From an uncultured Candidatus Rokubacteria bacterium (GTDB lineage Bacteria; Methylomirabilota; Methylomirabilia; Rokubacteriales; DASRDR01), in contig CAWDVE010000013.1 in assembly GCA_963805625.1 (NCBI GenBank), positions 224,001-288,000 of the forward strand: a DNA stretch of 64,000 bases, written 5' to 3'. How positions within the stretch are numbered: position 1 is the stretch's first letter; each line of letters begins with the position of its first letter. The position numbers and the translations under genes were made by a program. The notes beneath the pieces were generated by a model. That model did not search any database, was not told where the DNA came from, and was given only the letters and a program-made list of their open reading frames with translations. Positions 29,151 through 38,853 of this stretch are shown here, one piece after another.

Positions 29151-29782
29151 GCTGGCGGGCGCTCCGGGCGAGTCTCCGCCCCGACGGCCGGGGCTTCACG
29201 CTCGTCGAGGTCATTCTCGCCGTGTCCATCCTTGCGGTCGTCATCCTCCTGGCCACTGCCGCGCTGCGCGTCGGCCTCCGCGCCTGGGAGGCCGGACAGC
29301 GGCGCGCGAACCTCCAGCAGGAGAGCCGCGCGCTCGTCGAGTTGGTCAGCGAGGCACTTGCAGGCGCATCGGCCTACCGCGGGCGCCTGGGCCAGAACCC
29401 CGAGCGTATCGTGCTCTTCGAGGGGGAGCCGGAGGAAGTGCGCTTCGTGACGAGCGCGCCGCCGCTTACGCTGGACAACCCGGTCGCCCCGTTCCATGCG
29501 GTCGTCCTCGGGCGCAAGGGGCAGGACGCGTTGCGGCTCATCGAACGGCTCGTGCCCTCGGACGAGCCATTCGCGCCCGGGCCCGAGCGCGTCCTGTCCC
29601 GGTCCGTCACCCGCTTCAGCCTCGCCTACCGGGACGAGGCCGGGGCGTGGCAGGAGCGGTGGGACGGCCGCGAGGCGGGCGGGCTGCCGACCGCAGTGCG
29701 GCTCGAGCTCTCGGTAGCCGGCCTCGCCCGGGCGACACCCGCGCTCGTCGTCGCGCTGCCGATGGGAAAGCAGGCCCAGTGA
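29147..29782 (+). CDS. gspJ: Minor pseudopilin J
   Basis: RG-FTLVEVI, C-terminal LPTAVRLEL; GTGA overlap. Confidence 0.85.
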   Translation: MSWRALRASLRPDGRGFTLVEVILAVSILAVVILLATAALRVGLRAWEAGQRRANLQQESRALVELVSEALAGASAYRGRLGQNPERIVLFEGEPEEVRFVTSAPPLTLDNPVAPFHAVVLGRKGQDALRLIERLVPSDEPFAPGPERVLSRSVTRFSLAYRDEAGAWQERWDGREAGGLPTAVRLELSVAGLARATPALVVALPMGKQAQ

Positions 29783-30783
29783 CGCCAGCCTCGCCTCCCA
29801 ACCGGACCCGGAGCGACGCGGGGGTCGCGCTGATCGTGGTGCTCCTCCTTCTCGCGCTGCTCCTCACCATCGTCGCGGAGTTCGCCCAGGCGATGCGCCT
29901 CGAGGCGGTGACGGCGACGAACTTCCGCTCCTCGCTGGCCGAGACGTGGCTCGCCGAAGCGGGCTACCAGCGGGCTCTCGCAGAGATCCTGCCCGATGCC
30001 CTGGCGCACGAGCTCGACCCCGGCGGTGCCCTCCTGTTCCGCCGGGCTCGACTCGGCATCCCCACGATGCCCGAGCGTCTCGATCTCCGAATTGACCCGG
30101 GTCGGTTCTCGTACCGGATCACCGACGAAAGCGCGCGGCTCAACCTCAACCGGGTAACCCGCGAGGTCCTGGACCGCCTCCTCCAGGAAGCCGGCGCCGA
30201 GAAGACCGTGCGCGACGAGATCGTCGACTCGATCCAGGACTGGCGCGACCCGAACGAGGAGCACCGCTTGAACGGGGCGGAGAGCGACTACTACCTCGGC
30301 CTCGCCGTCCCTTACCGGTCCAAGAACGCGGACTTCGACAGCGTGGACGAGCTCCTCCAGGTGCGCGGCGTCACGCAAGCGCTCCTCTACGGCCGCCCCG
30401 AGACCCCTGGGCTGGCGGAGCACCTCACCGTCTTCGGCACGCGCGGCGTCAACGTGAACACGGCGAGCCCTGTCGTGCTGCGGGCCCTGGGCTTTGCGCC
30501 CGCCGAAGTAGAGGCTCTGATCGGACGCCGCCCATATGCCGATCTGACCAGCCTTCCGCCGGGGCTCCGGCGCGGCAATCTGCGGACCAACTCCGACACG
30601 TTCCGTATCGAGGCCTGGGCGGGCGGCCCGGCGCCCGCCGGCCGCGTCCTCACAGCAGTCGTCGAGCGCCAGACCGGAACGGGACAGGTCCAGGCGGTGC
30701 CTCGCGCCTGGCGCTGGTCCGAGGTCTCGCGGCTCGCCACGGCGCCTGTAGAACCCGACCCGGGCGACAAGGTGAGCCGGTGA
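29779..30783 (+). CDS. gspK: Minor pseudopilin K
   Basis: GVALIVVL (no E5), DESARLNLN, IQDWRD, GAESDYY, VNVNTA. Confidence 0.92.
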   Translation: MTPASPPNRTRSDAGVALIVVLLLLALLLTIVAEFAQAMRLEAVTATNFRSSLAETWLAEAGYQRALAEILPDALAHELDPGGALLFRRARLGIPTMPERLDLRIDPGRFSYRITDESARLNLNRVTREVLDRLLQEAGAEKTVRDEIVDSIQDWRDPNEEHRLNGAESDYYLGLAVPYRSKNADFDSVDELLQVRGVTQALLYGRPETPGLAEHLTVFGTRGVNVNTASPVVLRALGFAPAEVEALIGRRPYADLTSLPPGLRRGNLRTNSDTFRIEAWAGGPAPAGRVLTAVVERQTGTGQVQAVPRAWRWSEVSRLATAPVEPDPGDKVSR

Positions 30784-32120
30784 GCGACGTCGTCGGTCTC
30801 GCGCTCCGGGACGGACAGGTCGACGTCGTCGCTCTCCGGGAGAGACTGGGCGCGCGACGGCTCGTCACGGCCTTCAGCGTGCCGGCCGAGGAGGACGCCG
30901 CAGGCTCGATCCGGCGTCAGCTCCTGGAGGCCGGCGTCCGCGCCCGGCGCGCGCAGGTGGGTCTCCCTCGGCGCGCGGTGGTCGCGAAGGCAGTGGAGCT
31001 GCCCGCCGTCCCCGGCGTGGACCTCCGGCAGATGGTGGGGTTCGAGCTGGAGCGCCATCTCCCCTTCCCGCCGGCCGAGGCGCTCTTCGACCTCGAGGTC
31101 CTGGCCCGCGAGGCCGGCCGGCCGCTCCGCGTGCTGCTCGTGGCCGTCGAGCGACGAAGCCAGGAGCGGATCCGCGGGCTCCTCCGGGACGCCGGCCTCG
31201 CGCCCCGGTTGGTGGGCGTCGCCATCCACAGCCTGGCCCGTCTGGTGACGGGCGATCCCGCGCGCGGCCGGATCGTGCTCTGGCTGGAAGCGGCCGACGC
31301 GGAGCTCGCCGTCGTCGTCCACGGGCGGGTCGTCGGGAGCCGCGCCTTCCCTGTGCCGGCCGACCCCGAGGCCCGCGGACGCACGCTGGAGGCCGAGCTC
31401 GGGCGAACGCTGGCGACGCTGCCGGAGAGTGACCGGAGCGAGGTCGTGGAAGTCGTCGTCGGCGGGCTCCCTCCGCCGGCATTCGAGATCGAGAGGCTGC
31501 CGATGCGGGTGGGTATCGACGCCCCACCGGGCTTCGCGGCAATCGAGAGCGCGAGCCTGCCCGCTCTGGCCGTCGCGCTCGAGCGCGCGGGCGGGAAGAC
31601 CCCGGTGGCGAACCTCCTGCCCGAAGAGCTTCGCCCGCGCCCGTTCCCCTGGCCGCTCGCCGCCACGGCCGCGCTGGCCCTCCTCGCCTTCGGGATCGGC
31701 GCCGCGATCCCTGCCGTCACGTTCCTGAAGGAGCGGAGAGCCCTCGCGACGCTCGACGCCCGCATCGCCCGTCTCGCGCCCGAGGTCCAGCGGGCCGAGC
31801 GGCTCGCCGCCGACGTGGAGCGCGCGCGGCGCGAGCGGACGACCCTCCGCGGCTTCGAGGAGCAGGGACTCCATCCCCTGCCGGTGCTCCAGGAGCTCAC
31901 GGACACGCTACCCGGCGACGCGTGGCTGACGAATCTGTCCGTCGACCGCAGCGGGCTCGAGCTGGGCGGCTTCGCGAACGCCGCTTCGCAGCTCATTCCG
32001 CTGCTCGAGGCCTCGCCCAGTCTCGAGCGAGTCGAGTTCACCTCGCCGGTGACGAAGGGTCGGGACCGCGAGCAGTTCCGGCTTCGCGCCACCTGGGAGC
32101 GGAGCGGGGGAGGGCGCTAG
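30780..32120 (+). CDS. gspL: GspL/PilM-PilN-like assembly platform protein
   Basis: Actin-like N-terminal region (FELERHLPF), NLLP, TM helix, coiled coil, PilN-like C-terminus (LPGDAWLT). Confidence 0.8.
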   Translation: MSDVVGLALRDGQVDVVALRERLGARRLVTAFSVPAEEDAAGSIRRQLLEAGVRARRAQVGLPRRAVVAKAVELPAVPGVDLRQMVGFELERHLPFPPAEALFDLEVLAREAGRPLRVLLVAVERRSQERIRGLLRDAGLAPRLVGVAIHSLARLVTGDPARGRIVLWLEAADAELAVVVHGRVVGSRAFPVPADPEARGRTLEAELGRTLATLPESDRSEVVEVVVGGLPPPAFEIERLPMRVGIDAPPGFAAIESASLPALAVALERAGGKTPVANLLPEELRPRPFPWPLAATAALALLAFGIGAAIPAVTFLKERRALATLDARIARLAPEVQRAERLAADVERARRERTTLRGFEEQGLHPLPVLQELTDTLPGDAWLTNLSVDRSGLELGGFANAASQLIPLLEASPSLERVEFTSPVTKGRDREQFRLRATWERSGGGR

Positions 32121-32121
32121 G

Positions 32122-32736
32122 GTGCCTGCCCTCCGTCCGCGCGAGCGCCGTCTCCTCGTTGCCGCGGGGCTGATCGGGATCGGGGTAGCGGGCTACGTCT
32201 ACATCGTCGAGCCCCTGATCGAGGCGCACGCCGCGACCCGCGAGCTGGTGGTCGCCCGGCGCGGCCTCCTCGCCCGCCAGGAGCGCCTCGTCGCCCGGTC
32301 GGAGGCATATGACCGGGAACTGGGAGCGCTCCGCACTGAAATCGCCCGCCGCCGAGGCCGACTGCTGGCCGGCGACAAGGCGCCCGTGGCGGCGTCGGAG
32401 GTCCAGAAGCTGGTCAAGACGACAGCGCAGGAGGCTGGCATCGAGGTCCGCAGCGAGCGGATCCTCGCCCCGGTGGATCGCGGGGGGTACGCGGAGGTTC
32501 CAGTCGAGGTCACGCTCTCCGGCCCGATCCGCGGCCTGACGACCTTTCTCTACCGTCTCGAAGAGGCGCCCATCCTCCTGGCGCTGACCGACCTCAAGGT
32601 GCGTGCCCCGGCGACGGGCGCGATGCGCGATCTGTCGGCGACGATCGCGCTCAGCGGATTCATCCCGGCGTTGCCGAGCTCGGGCCCGCCGCCCCGTCCG
32701 GCGACCACCGCGCCAGCCGCGCGACCCGGAGGCTGA
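32122..32736 (+). CDS. gspM: GspM/PilO-like protein
   Basis: LRPRERRLL, TM helix, coiled coil and ferredoxin-like C-terminus. Confidence 0.8.
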   Translation: MPALRPRERRLLVAAGLIGIGVAGYVYIVEPLIEAHAATRELVVARRGLLARQERLVARSEAYDRELGALRTEIARRRGRLLAGDKAPVAASEVQKLVKTTAQEAGIEVRSERILAPVDRGGYAEVPVEVTLSGPIRGLTTFLYRLEEAPILLALTDLKVRAPATGAMRDLSATIALSGFIPALPSSGPPPRPATTAPAARPGG

Positions 32737-32739
32737 GCC

Positions 32740-33414
32740 GTGGCGCGGCGCGTCCTCCTGCTCGTCGACGGTCTCCTGCTCGTGGCCGCGGCATTCCTCG
32801 GAGTTCGCCTCTACGAGGCCTGGGGCGCGCGCACGCCCGCCGCACCGCCGGAGGCGCCGCCGGCGGTGTCAACCGAGGCGGCTCCGCCGCCGGCCGCCAC
32901 CTCGCCCCGGACTCCGCTCACGGCCTTCGCCGTCGTCGCCGAGCGCAACCTCTTCAGTCCGACGCGGACCGAGACCGCCCCGGAGCCGCCCCGCCCCGCG
33001 GCCGGGGCCGGAGCGCAGGCCCCCCCGGCGCCGAAGCCGCGGCTCTACGGGGTCGTGCTCCTCGCGGAGGGACGGGGCCGGGCCTACCTGGAAGACGTGC
33101 AGCGGCGACGGGTCTTCGCCTACTCGGTAGGGGACGTCGTCGGGGATGCCCGCCTCGAGCAGATCAAGCCGGATCGGGTAGTGCTGCGCCGAGGTGGCGA
33201 AACCTTCGAGGTGCTGCTTGCCGATCCTTCGAAACCTCGGCAGTCCAGCGTACAATCGCCAGGGGCTGGAGGAGCGGGCCGTCCGGCAGTGGCGGGGCCA
33301 CCGGTGCCCCAGCCGACCACGGGCATCCGTTCCCCCGGCCGGCCGCGGGTCGCCGTGCCGCCTCCTGCGCCGCCCAGTACGGAAACGCAGGAACAGCCGA
33401 CCGAGGAAGAATGA
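32740..33414 (+). CDS. GspC/PilP-like protein
   Basis: N-terminal TM, ERNLFSPTR, LYGVV...GD...IKPDRVVL HR-like domain. Confidence 0.75.
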   Translation: MARRVLLLVDGLLLVAAAFLGVRLYEAWGARTPAAPPEAPPAVSTEAAPPPAATSPRTPLTAFAVVAERNLFSPTRTETAPEPPRPAAGAGAQAPPAPKPRLYGVVLLAEGRGRAYLEDVQRRRVFAYSVGDVVGDARLEQIKPDRVVLRRGGETFEVLLADPSKPRQSSVQSPGAGGAGRPAVAGPPVPQPTTGIRSPGRPRVAVPPPAPPSTETQEQPTEEE

Positions 33415-35759
33415 TAGAGAAGCTGGCGCGCCGCCGGATCGCGGTCCTCGGCCTCGCCGTCCTCGGCGGATGCGCGGGCCCCGGAGCCAGCGGGCCCAAG
33501 CCCCCGCCCAGCTCCCAGGTCGCTGTGACCGTGACCGCGGAACCGGCGCCTGCCGATCGCCCGGTCGCCTTGCCCAGCGTCCCGCCTCGTCCCGAGACGG
33601 AGAGCGGGGCGACCGTTCCCCCGCCCCTCGGTTCGCCCCCAGCCGCTCCGGAACGGGGAACGACGGCCCAGGCGGCGCCCGGCCGACCCATCACGCCACC
33701 GGCCCGGGCCGGGCGCCAGATCGTCCTCAACTTCGACAACGCCGACATCGAGGCCGTCATCCAGGCGGCGAGCGAGATCGCCGGGTTCAACTACACGATC
33801 GGTCCTGGCGTCGCCGGGAAGAAGGTCACGATCCAGACCTCGGGCCGGATCCCCGAAGAAGAAGTCTTCAACGTCCTCCTGGCTGTGCTCGAGGTCAACG
33901 GCGTCACGGCCGTCCGCTCGGGCAATCTCTACAAGATCCTGCCGACCACCGCGGCCCGAGAGCGGCCGGTGCCCACCGTCATCGGTGCCCAGGCGGACCC
34001 TACTCGGCGCGACGACGAGGTGATCACCCAGATCGTGCCCCTCCAGTACCTCCCGGCTGACCGGGTCGCAGCGACGCTACGGTCATTCGTCCAGGGCGGC
34101 AACCTCGTCGTCCAGGGCAACCTCCTGATCGTCACCGACACCGCCGCCAACGTGGCGCGCATCCTTCAGATCGTGCGCGTGCTCGACGTGGAGGTCGCGA
34201 CCGACGATCTCCGGCTGATCCCCGTCCGGTACGCCGACGCGGTCGAGCTGGCGCGGATGCTGAACGAGTTCTTCAGCGGCCGGCGCGTCCGCACCTCGGT
34301 GGCCGCAGTCCCCGTGCCGGCTCCACCGCGCCCCGGGGCGCCGCCCGCAGCGCCGGGCGTGGCCGGAGCCGCTGGAGATTCCGGGGACCGCTCCCCCCTG
34401 ATCCTCGCCGACAAGCGTACCAACGCGCTGCTCGTGTCCGGCCGGCGGTCCGACGTCGAGCTCGCGTCCAAGCTGACCGGCCAGCTCGACGTGGACACCC
34501 AGGCCAACAAGCGCGTGTTCGTCTACTACGTGGAGAACGTCAAGGCGAAGGAGCTGACCGTGACACTGACGGAGATCTTCGGCAAGCCCGGGGAGGGTGT
34601 GGCGCGGCCCCTGCAGCTGGGAACCGGAGCCAGCCAGGGGACCGGGGGCGCGCCCCAGCCACCTTCTCCTCTCGTGACGGTCGTCGCGACAGGGACCGAC
34701 CTCGAGCCAAGCGTCGTCGAAGGCCAGGTCAAGGTCGTCGCCGACGAGCCCAACAACGCGCTCATCGTCACGACATTCCCACGCAACTGGCCCCTCATCG
34801 AGGACACGATCCGGAAGCTCGACCGGATACCGAAGCAGGTCCTCATCGAGGTGCTGGTCGCCGAGGTGGGGCTGAACGACGAGAACCGCCTCGGTCTCGA
34901 GTGGACACTCCGGACCCAGCGCGACGTCACGATCGGCGGTCAGCCCTACAACGTTGGCTCCGTGTCACGCGTCGACGTTGGGCCGCCGTCTTCGCTCCCC
35001 GGCCAGACGCCGACGGCGACCCTGCCTTTCCCGACGGTAGCCGTGCCACCCGTAGCCGGGCTTACCTTCCTCCTGTTCGAGACCGACCGATTCCTCAGCA
35101 TGCTTAACCTCTACGCCAACTACGGTCAGCTGACCGTGCTCTCGAGTCCGACGATCATGACCTCGGAGAACAAGAAAGCCGTCATCAACGTGTCGAACTC
35201 CGTGCCCATCGTCACGCAGCAAGTCGTGTCCCAGACCGGGATCGCGACCACGTCCCCCACGCCCCAGCAGGCCCCGACGAACGTTCTCACCCAGGCCGTC
35301 GAATACCGGGACGCCGGCATCATCCTCACGGTCACGCCCCGCATCAGCGACAGGCGGGTGGTCGCTCTCGATGTGAAGCAGACCGTCAACGACGTCGGCG
35401 ATCCCCGGCCGCCGAGCGGCTCCCCAGATATCATCAAGCGGGAGGCTGAGACGTCCGTGGTCCTGCGGGACAACCAGACGCTGGTATTGGGAGGACTCAT
35501 CCGAAGCCGGCGAGCCAGCACGAAACAGGGTATCCCATGGCTGTCCAAGATCCCGGTCATCGGCTTCCTGTTCGGCGCCACCGTCGATCGAATGGAGCGG
35601 ACCGAGCTCCTGATACTGATTACCCCTCGCGTGATCGGGGACCCCAGCGAGGGCCAGGAGATCCTCAAGCAGGTGCGCGAGCAGCGCCCGGGCTTGGAGA
35701 AGGACCTGCGTCTTCACCCGAACATCCTCCGGCCGGAGGCGGAGCCGGCGACGCCATGA
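33411..35759 (+). CDS. gspD: Type II secretion secretin with lipoprotein signal
   Basis: LNFDNADI, N-domains, QVLIEVLVAEV, GIPWLSKIPVIGFLFG, RTELLILITPRV; lipobox LGGC. Confidence 0.95.
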   Translation: MIEKLARRRIAVLGLAVLGGCAGPGASGPKPPPSSQVAVTVTAEPAPADRPVALPSVPPRPETESGATVPPPLGSPPAAPERGTTAQAAPGRPITPPARAGRQIVLNFDNADIEAVIQAASEIAGFNYTIGPGVAGKKVTIQTSGRIPEEEVFNVLLAVLEVNGVTAVRSGNLYKILPTTAARERPVPTVIGAQADPTRRDDEVITQIVPLQYLPADRVAATLRSFVQGGNLVVQGNLLIVTDTAANVARILQIVRVLDVEVATDDLRLIPVRYADAVELARMLNEFFSGRRVRTSVAAVPVPAPPRPGAPPAAPGVAGAAGDSGDRSPLILADKRTNALLVSGRRSDVELASKLTGQLDVDTQANKRVFVYYVENVKAKELTVTLTEIFGKPGEGVARPLQLGTGASQGTGGAPQPPSPLVTVVATGTDLEPSVVEGQVKVVADEPNNALIVTTFPRNWPLIEDTIRKLDRIPKQVLIEVLVAEVGLNDENRLGLEWTLRTQRDVTIGGQPYNVGSVSRVDVGPPSSLPGQTPTATLPFPTVAVPPVAGLTFLLFETDRFLSMLNLYANYGQLTVLSSPTIMTSENKKAVINVSNSVPIVTQQVVSQTGIATTSPTPQQAPTNVLTQAVEYRDAGIILTVTPRISDRRVVALDVKQTVNDVGDPRPPSGSPDIIKREAETSVVLRDNQTLVLGGLIRSRRASTKQGIPWLSKIPVIGFLFGATVDRMERTELLILITPRVIGDPSEGQEILKQVREQRPGLEKDLRLHPNILRPEAEPATP

Positions 35760-36400
35760 ACGAGGCCCTGGTCGCACGGGCTGCCCGCCGCCGCTGGTCG
35801 GCCCGCGTCCGTCACAGCGTCACGGCCCTGGTCATCGCGACCCTCCTGGGAGCCTGCGAGGGGGGCTCCGGCCAGAGCGGGAGCGCGTTCGTCTTCCTGA
35901 CCGTCGACAGCTTCTCGCTCAGCGTGGGTGGAACGCCCATCTCGAGCGTCCCCTCCTCCACCGCCACGGGGACGACGACGATGGCCTGCGTCACCCTCCG
36001 CAATAATCTCAAGAACCCGACGGTCACCGCGGGCACCGCCCTGGATAACGTGACCGTCCGGTCGTACACGGTGACGATCACGCCGCTGACGGGTGGAAGT
36101 CTCGGGGGTCCGTTCACTTTCGGGACCGCCGTGCTCGTTCCCGCGGGCACAGTTGCCACGGGCGTTGTCAGCAACAACACGGCAACGTTCGCCGTCGTGC
36201 TGGTTCCGTCGGGGTCGAAGGGCAGCCCCGGGACGGCAGCCACGGTGGAGATCACGTTCCGCGGACGCGACGGACGCGGGCAGGCCGTCGAGGCCGACGG
36301 CGCCGTCACGGTCCTGTTCACGAGCGGGCTCGAAACGGACTCGACCTGCTCGGGCACGACGGGCGGCACCGGAGGAACCGGCGGCACCACCACGTCCTGA
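35756..36400 (+). CDS. Thr/Gly/Ser-rich beta-rich lipoprotein coupled to gspD
   Basis: ATGA overlap with the gspD stop; lipobox LLGA-C; C-terminal TGGTGGTGGTTTS. Confidence 0.75.
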   Translation: MNEALVARAARRRWSARVRHSVTALVIATLLGACEGGSGQSGSAFVFLTVDSFSLSVGGTPISSVPSSTATGTTTMACVTLRNNLKNPTVTAGTALDNVTVRSYTVTITPLTGGSLGGPFTFGTAVLVPAGTVATGVVSNNTATFAVVLVPSGSKGSPGTAATVEITFRGRDGRGQAVEADGAVTVLFTSGLETDSTCSGTTGGTGGTGGTTTS

Positions 36401-36438
36401 CCGGCTCCGAGTGGACGCCGCCGCCAGGCGGCGCCGGA

Positions 36439-37533
36439 CTACCAGCGGAAGAGCGAGGCCCCCCAGGCGAAGCCTGCCCCGAAGGCGGCGGTGAGGACTA
36501 GGTCGCCCTCCCGGATCCGCCCCGCGGTGAAGGCCTCGTGGATGCAGATCGGCACCGAGGCCGCCGACGTGTTCCCGTACTTGTGCACGTTGTTGAACAG
36601 CTTGTGCTCCGGGATCTTGGCGTGCTCGGCGATCGCGTCGAGGATCCGCTGGTTTGCCTGGTGGAACAGGAAGAAGTCGATGTCCTCCGGCGTCAGGTCG
36701 TTGGCTTCCAGCGCCTCCCGCAAGACCTCCTTGAAGCGCCGCACGGCGTGGGTGAACACGGCTCGCCCGTTCATCGAGGGCCTCGCCCGCCCGTCGTCGA
36801 TCTTCTTCTTCGACACGATCGGGTAGGTCGACGAGCCGTAGATCTCGCCGAAGAGCTTGTCGAGGATCGTGCCGTCCTGGTGGAGGTGGTGCGAGATGAA
36901 CCCGCTCCGCGAGCTGGCGTCGACGGATTGGAGCACGACGGCCCCGGCACCGTCCGCGAAGAGCACGGCCATGTCGCGGCCCCGATCCGAGTACTCGAGC
37001 ATCGTCGACAGCCCCTCGGCGCCGACCACGAGCACCTTCCAGTAGCTGCCGATTCGGATGAACGCGTCGGCCACCGCCAGCGCGTACACGAATCCGGAGC
37101 ATCCTTGCTGGAGGTTCAGCACCGGCGTCGATGAGAGGCCGAACTTCGCCGACATGACGGCGCCGGTGTGCGGGTACGCGTACTCGGGGATGGTCGTGGT
37201 GACGATGATGAAGTCGATGTCGTCGATCTGGAGCCCGGCGTTCTTGAGGGCCATCTCGGCCGCCTCGCGGCCGAGGTCGGCGGGCGTGAGGTCCGCGTCG
37301 ATCTTCCCGTCGACACCGTGATCGTAGACCTCGCGAACGTACGCGGCCTTGTCGGGCGCCTCGGCGAGTCTCTGCAGGAATCGGAACGTGCTCGGCAGCA
37401 CGCGGCGTTCCTTGATCCCGGTGCGCTGGGTGATCCACTCGTCGGAGGTGGTAAAGCAGCGCGCGAGCAGGTGGTTGTCCACCACGCAGTCGGGCAGCGC
37501 CATACCCGTCCCGATGATCTTCGCCTTGCGCAT
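36439..37533 (-). CDS. fabH: 3-oxoacyl-ACP synthase III
   Basis: TSDEWITQRTGIKERR, QGCSGF, FADGAGA, FHQAN, YGNTSAAS. Confidence 0.92.
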   Translation of the reverse strand: MRKAKIIGTGMALPDCVVDNHLLARCFTTSDEWITQRTGIKERRVLPSTFRFLQRLAEAPDKAAYVREVYDHGVDGKIDADLTPADLGREAAEMALKNAGLQIDDIDFIIVTTTIPEYAYPHTGAVMSAKFGLSSTPVLNLQQGCSGFVYALAVADAFIRIGSYWKVLVVGAEGLSTMLEYSDRGRDMAVLFADGAGAVVLQSVDASSRSGFISHHLHQDGTILDKLFGEIYGSSTYPIVSKKKIDDGRARPSMNGRAVFTHAVRRFKEVLREALEANDLTPEDIDFFLFHQANQRILDAIAEHAKIPEHKLFNNVHKYGNTSAASVPICIHEAFTAGRIREGDLVLTAAFGAGFAWGASLFRW

Positions 37534-37644
37534 GGCTACCTTTCGCGATCGGAAGGTTACAGGCGCCGCCAGCCTACTACCCCCTCTCGAAAGCTGTCAA
37601 GGATTGGGAATCTCTTCCGCGGCGGGAGCTTGCGTCTGGTCGTC

Positions 37645-38436
37645 CTACCCGCCCGTGAACCGCGGCGGCCGCTTCTCGAAGAAGGCGCGGACCCCTTCTC
37701 GATGGTCGGCGCTCGCGATCATTGACCCCTGCGTGAGCGCCTCCCAGTGGAGCGCCGACTCGAGGTCGAGGCCCGGGGCGCGGTCGAGGAGCGCCTTCGC
37801 CGCGGCCAGCACCTGGGGTGGGCCGTCCGCAATCCGCCGCGCCAGCGCGTAGGTCTCCGACTCGAGGTTGCCCGCGGGCACGACCCGGTTGATCAGCCCG
37901 ATTCGCTCCGCCTCCCGCGCGTCGATGATGTCGGCGGTGAAGACCAGCTCCTTGGCTCGCGCGAGGCCGACCCGGCGCGGAAGGAAGTAGGTCCCCCCGG
38001 CGTCCGGGATCAGGCCGATCCGGGCGAACACTTCCCCGAAGCGCGCCCGGTCGGACGCCACCACGAGGTCGCATGCCAGCGCGAGGTTACAGCCGGCTCC
38101 CGCCGCCGCCCCATCGACCATGGCGATCGTCGGGGTCCGGAACCGCCCCAGAGCCAGGATCACACGGTTGATGGCCTCGACCCGGGACTGGCCTTCCGCG
38201 GCCGTCATCGGATTGTCGCGCATGAACTTGACGTCACCGCCCGCGCAGAAGTGGTCGCCGGCGCCGCGAACCAGCAGCACTCGAACGCCGGCGTCTTGAT
38301 CGAGCTGCGCGAGTGCGGCCTCGAGGTCCCGGCGCATCGTCATGTCGAGCGCGTTGCGGACCTCCGGCCGGTTCAACGTGAGCGTGGCCACGCCGTCGGC
38401 GCACGCGGTCAGGATCGTTCGCGTCTCCGGGACCAT
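37645..38436 (-). CDS. Enoyl-CoA hydratase/isomerase family (PaaG-like)
   Basis: LNRPEVRNA, FCAGGD, AGAGCNLALACD, IGLIPDAG. Confidence 0.92.
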   Translation of the reverse strand: MVPETRTILTACADGVATLTLNRPEVRNALDMTMRRDLEAALAQLDQDAGVRVLLVRGAGDHFCAGGDVKFMRDNPMTAAEGQSRVEAINRVILALGRFRTPTIAMVDGAAAGAGCNLALACDLVVASDRARFGEVFARIGLIPDAGGTYFLPRRVGLARAKELVFTADIIDAREAERIGLINRVVPAGNLESETYALARRIADGPPQVLAAAKALLDRAPGLDLESALHWEALTQGSMIASADHREGVRAFFEKRPPRFTGG

Positions 38437-38457
38437 CCGAGCCCTCCTCTACCCCGG

Positions 38458-38853
38458 TCAGACGCCGGGCGCCGAGACCGCGACGACCATCGCGGGCGGC
38501 CGCCGAGAGACCGGACGCTCGCGAATCACCAGAACCATCAGCGTGGCGGCGAACGCGACCAGCGCCGCGCCCAGCGAGCCGACGCCGAGGAGAATGCCGA
38601 AGCACGCCAGGACCACGCGAGGGCCCCACCGATCGGCGAGCCGACCGACGATCGGCCCCCTGGCCCCGTTGAAGAGAAACGACAGCGAGGCCACGAGGGA
38701 GAGCGCGGTCCGGTCCCAGCCGAACTTCGTCTCCATCGGCTTGATGAAGACGCCGAAGGCGCTTCGCACCCAGGAGGCGGCCAGGAGCGCGAGCGCGGTG
38801 CCTCCGATGATGACCCACGCGTAGTGCACGCGACCGGCGCCCCGCGTCGTCAT
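38458..38853 (-). pseudogene. Internally deleted MFS transporter (131 aa)
   Basis: First three MFS helices (HYAWVI, FGVFIKPM, GRLADRWGPR) are joined directly to a terminal-like helix and tail. Confidence 0.65.

Noticed and set aside
35714-37438. 574-aa minus-strand ORF
   Set aside because: Alternative frame of fabH and antisense to the lipoprotein; low-complexity translation.
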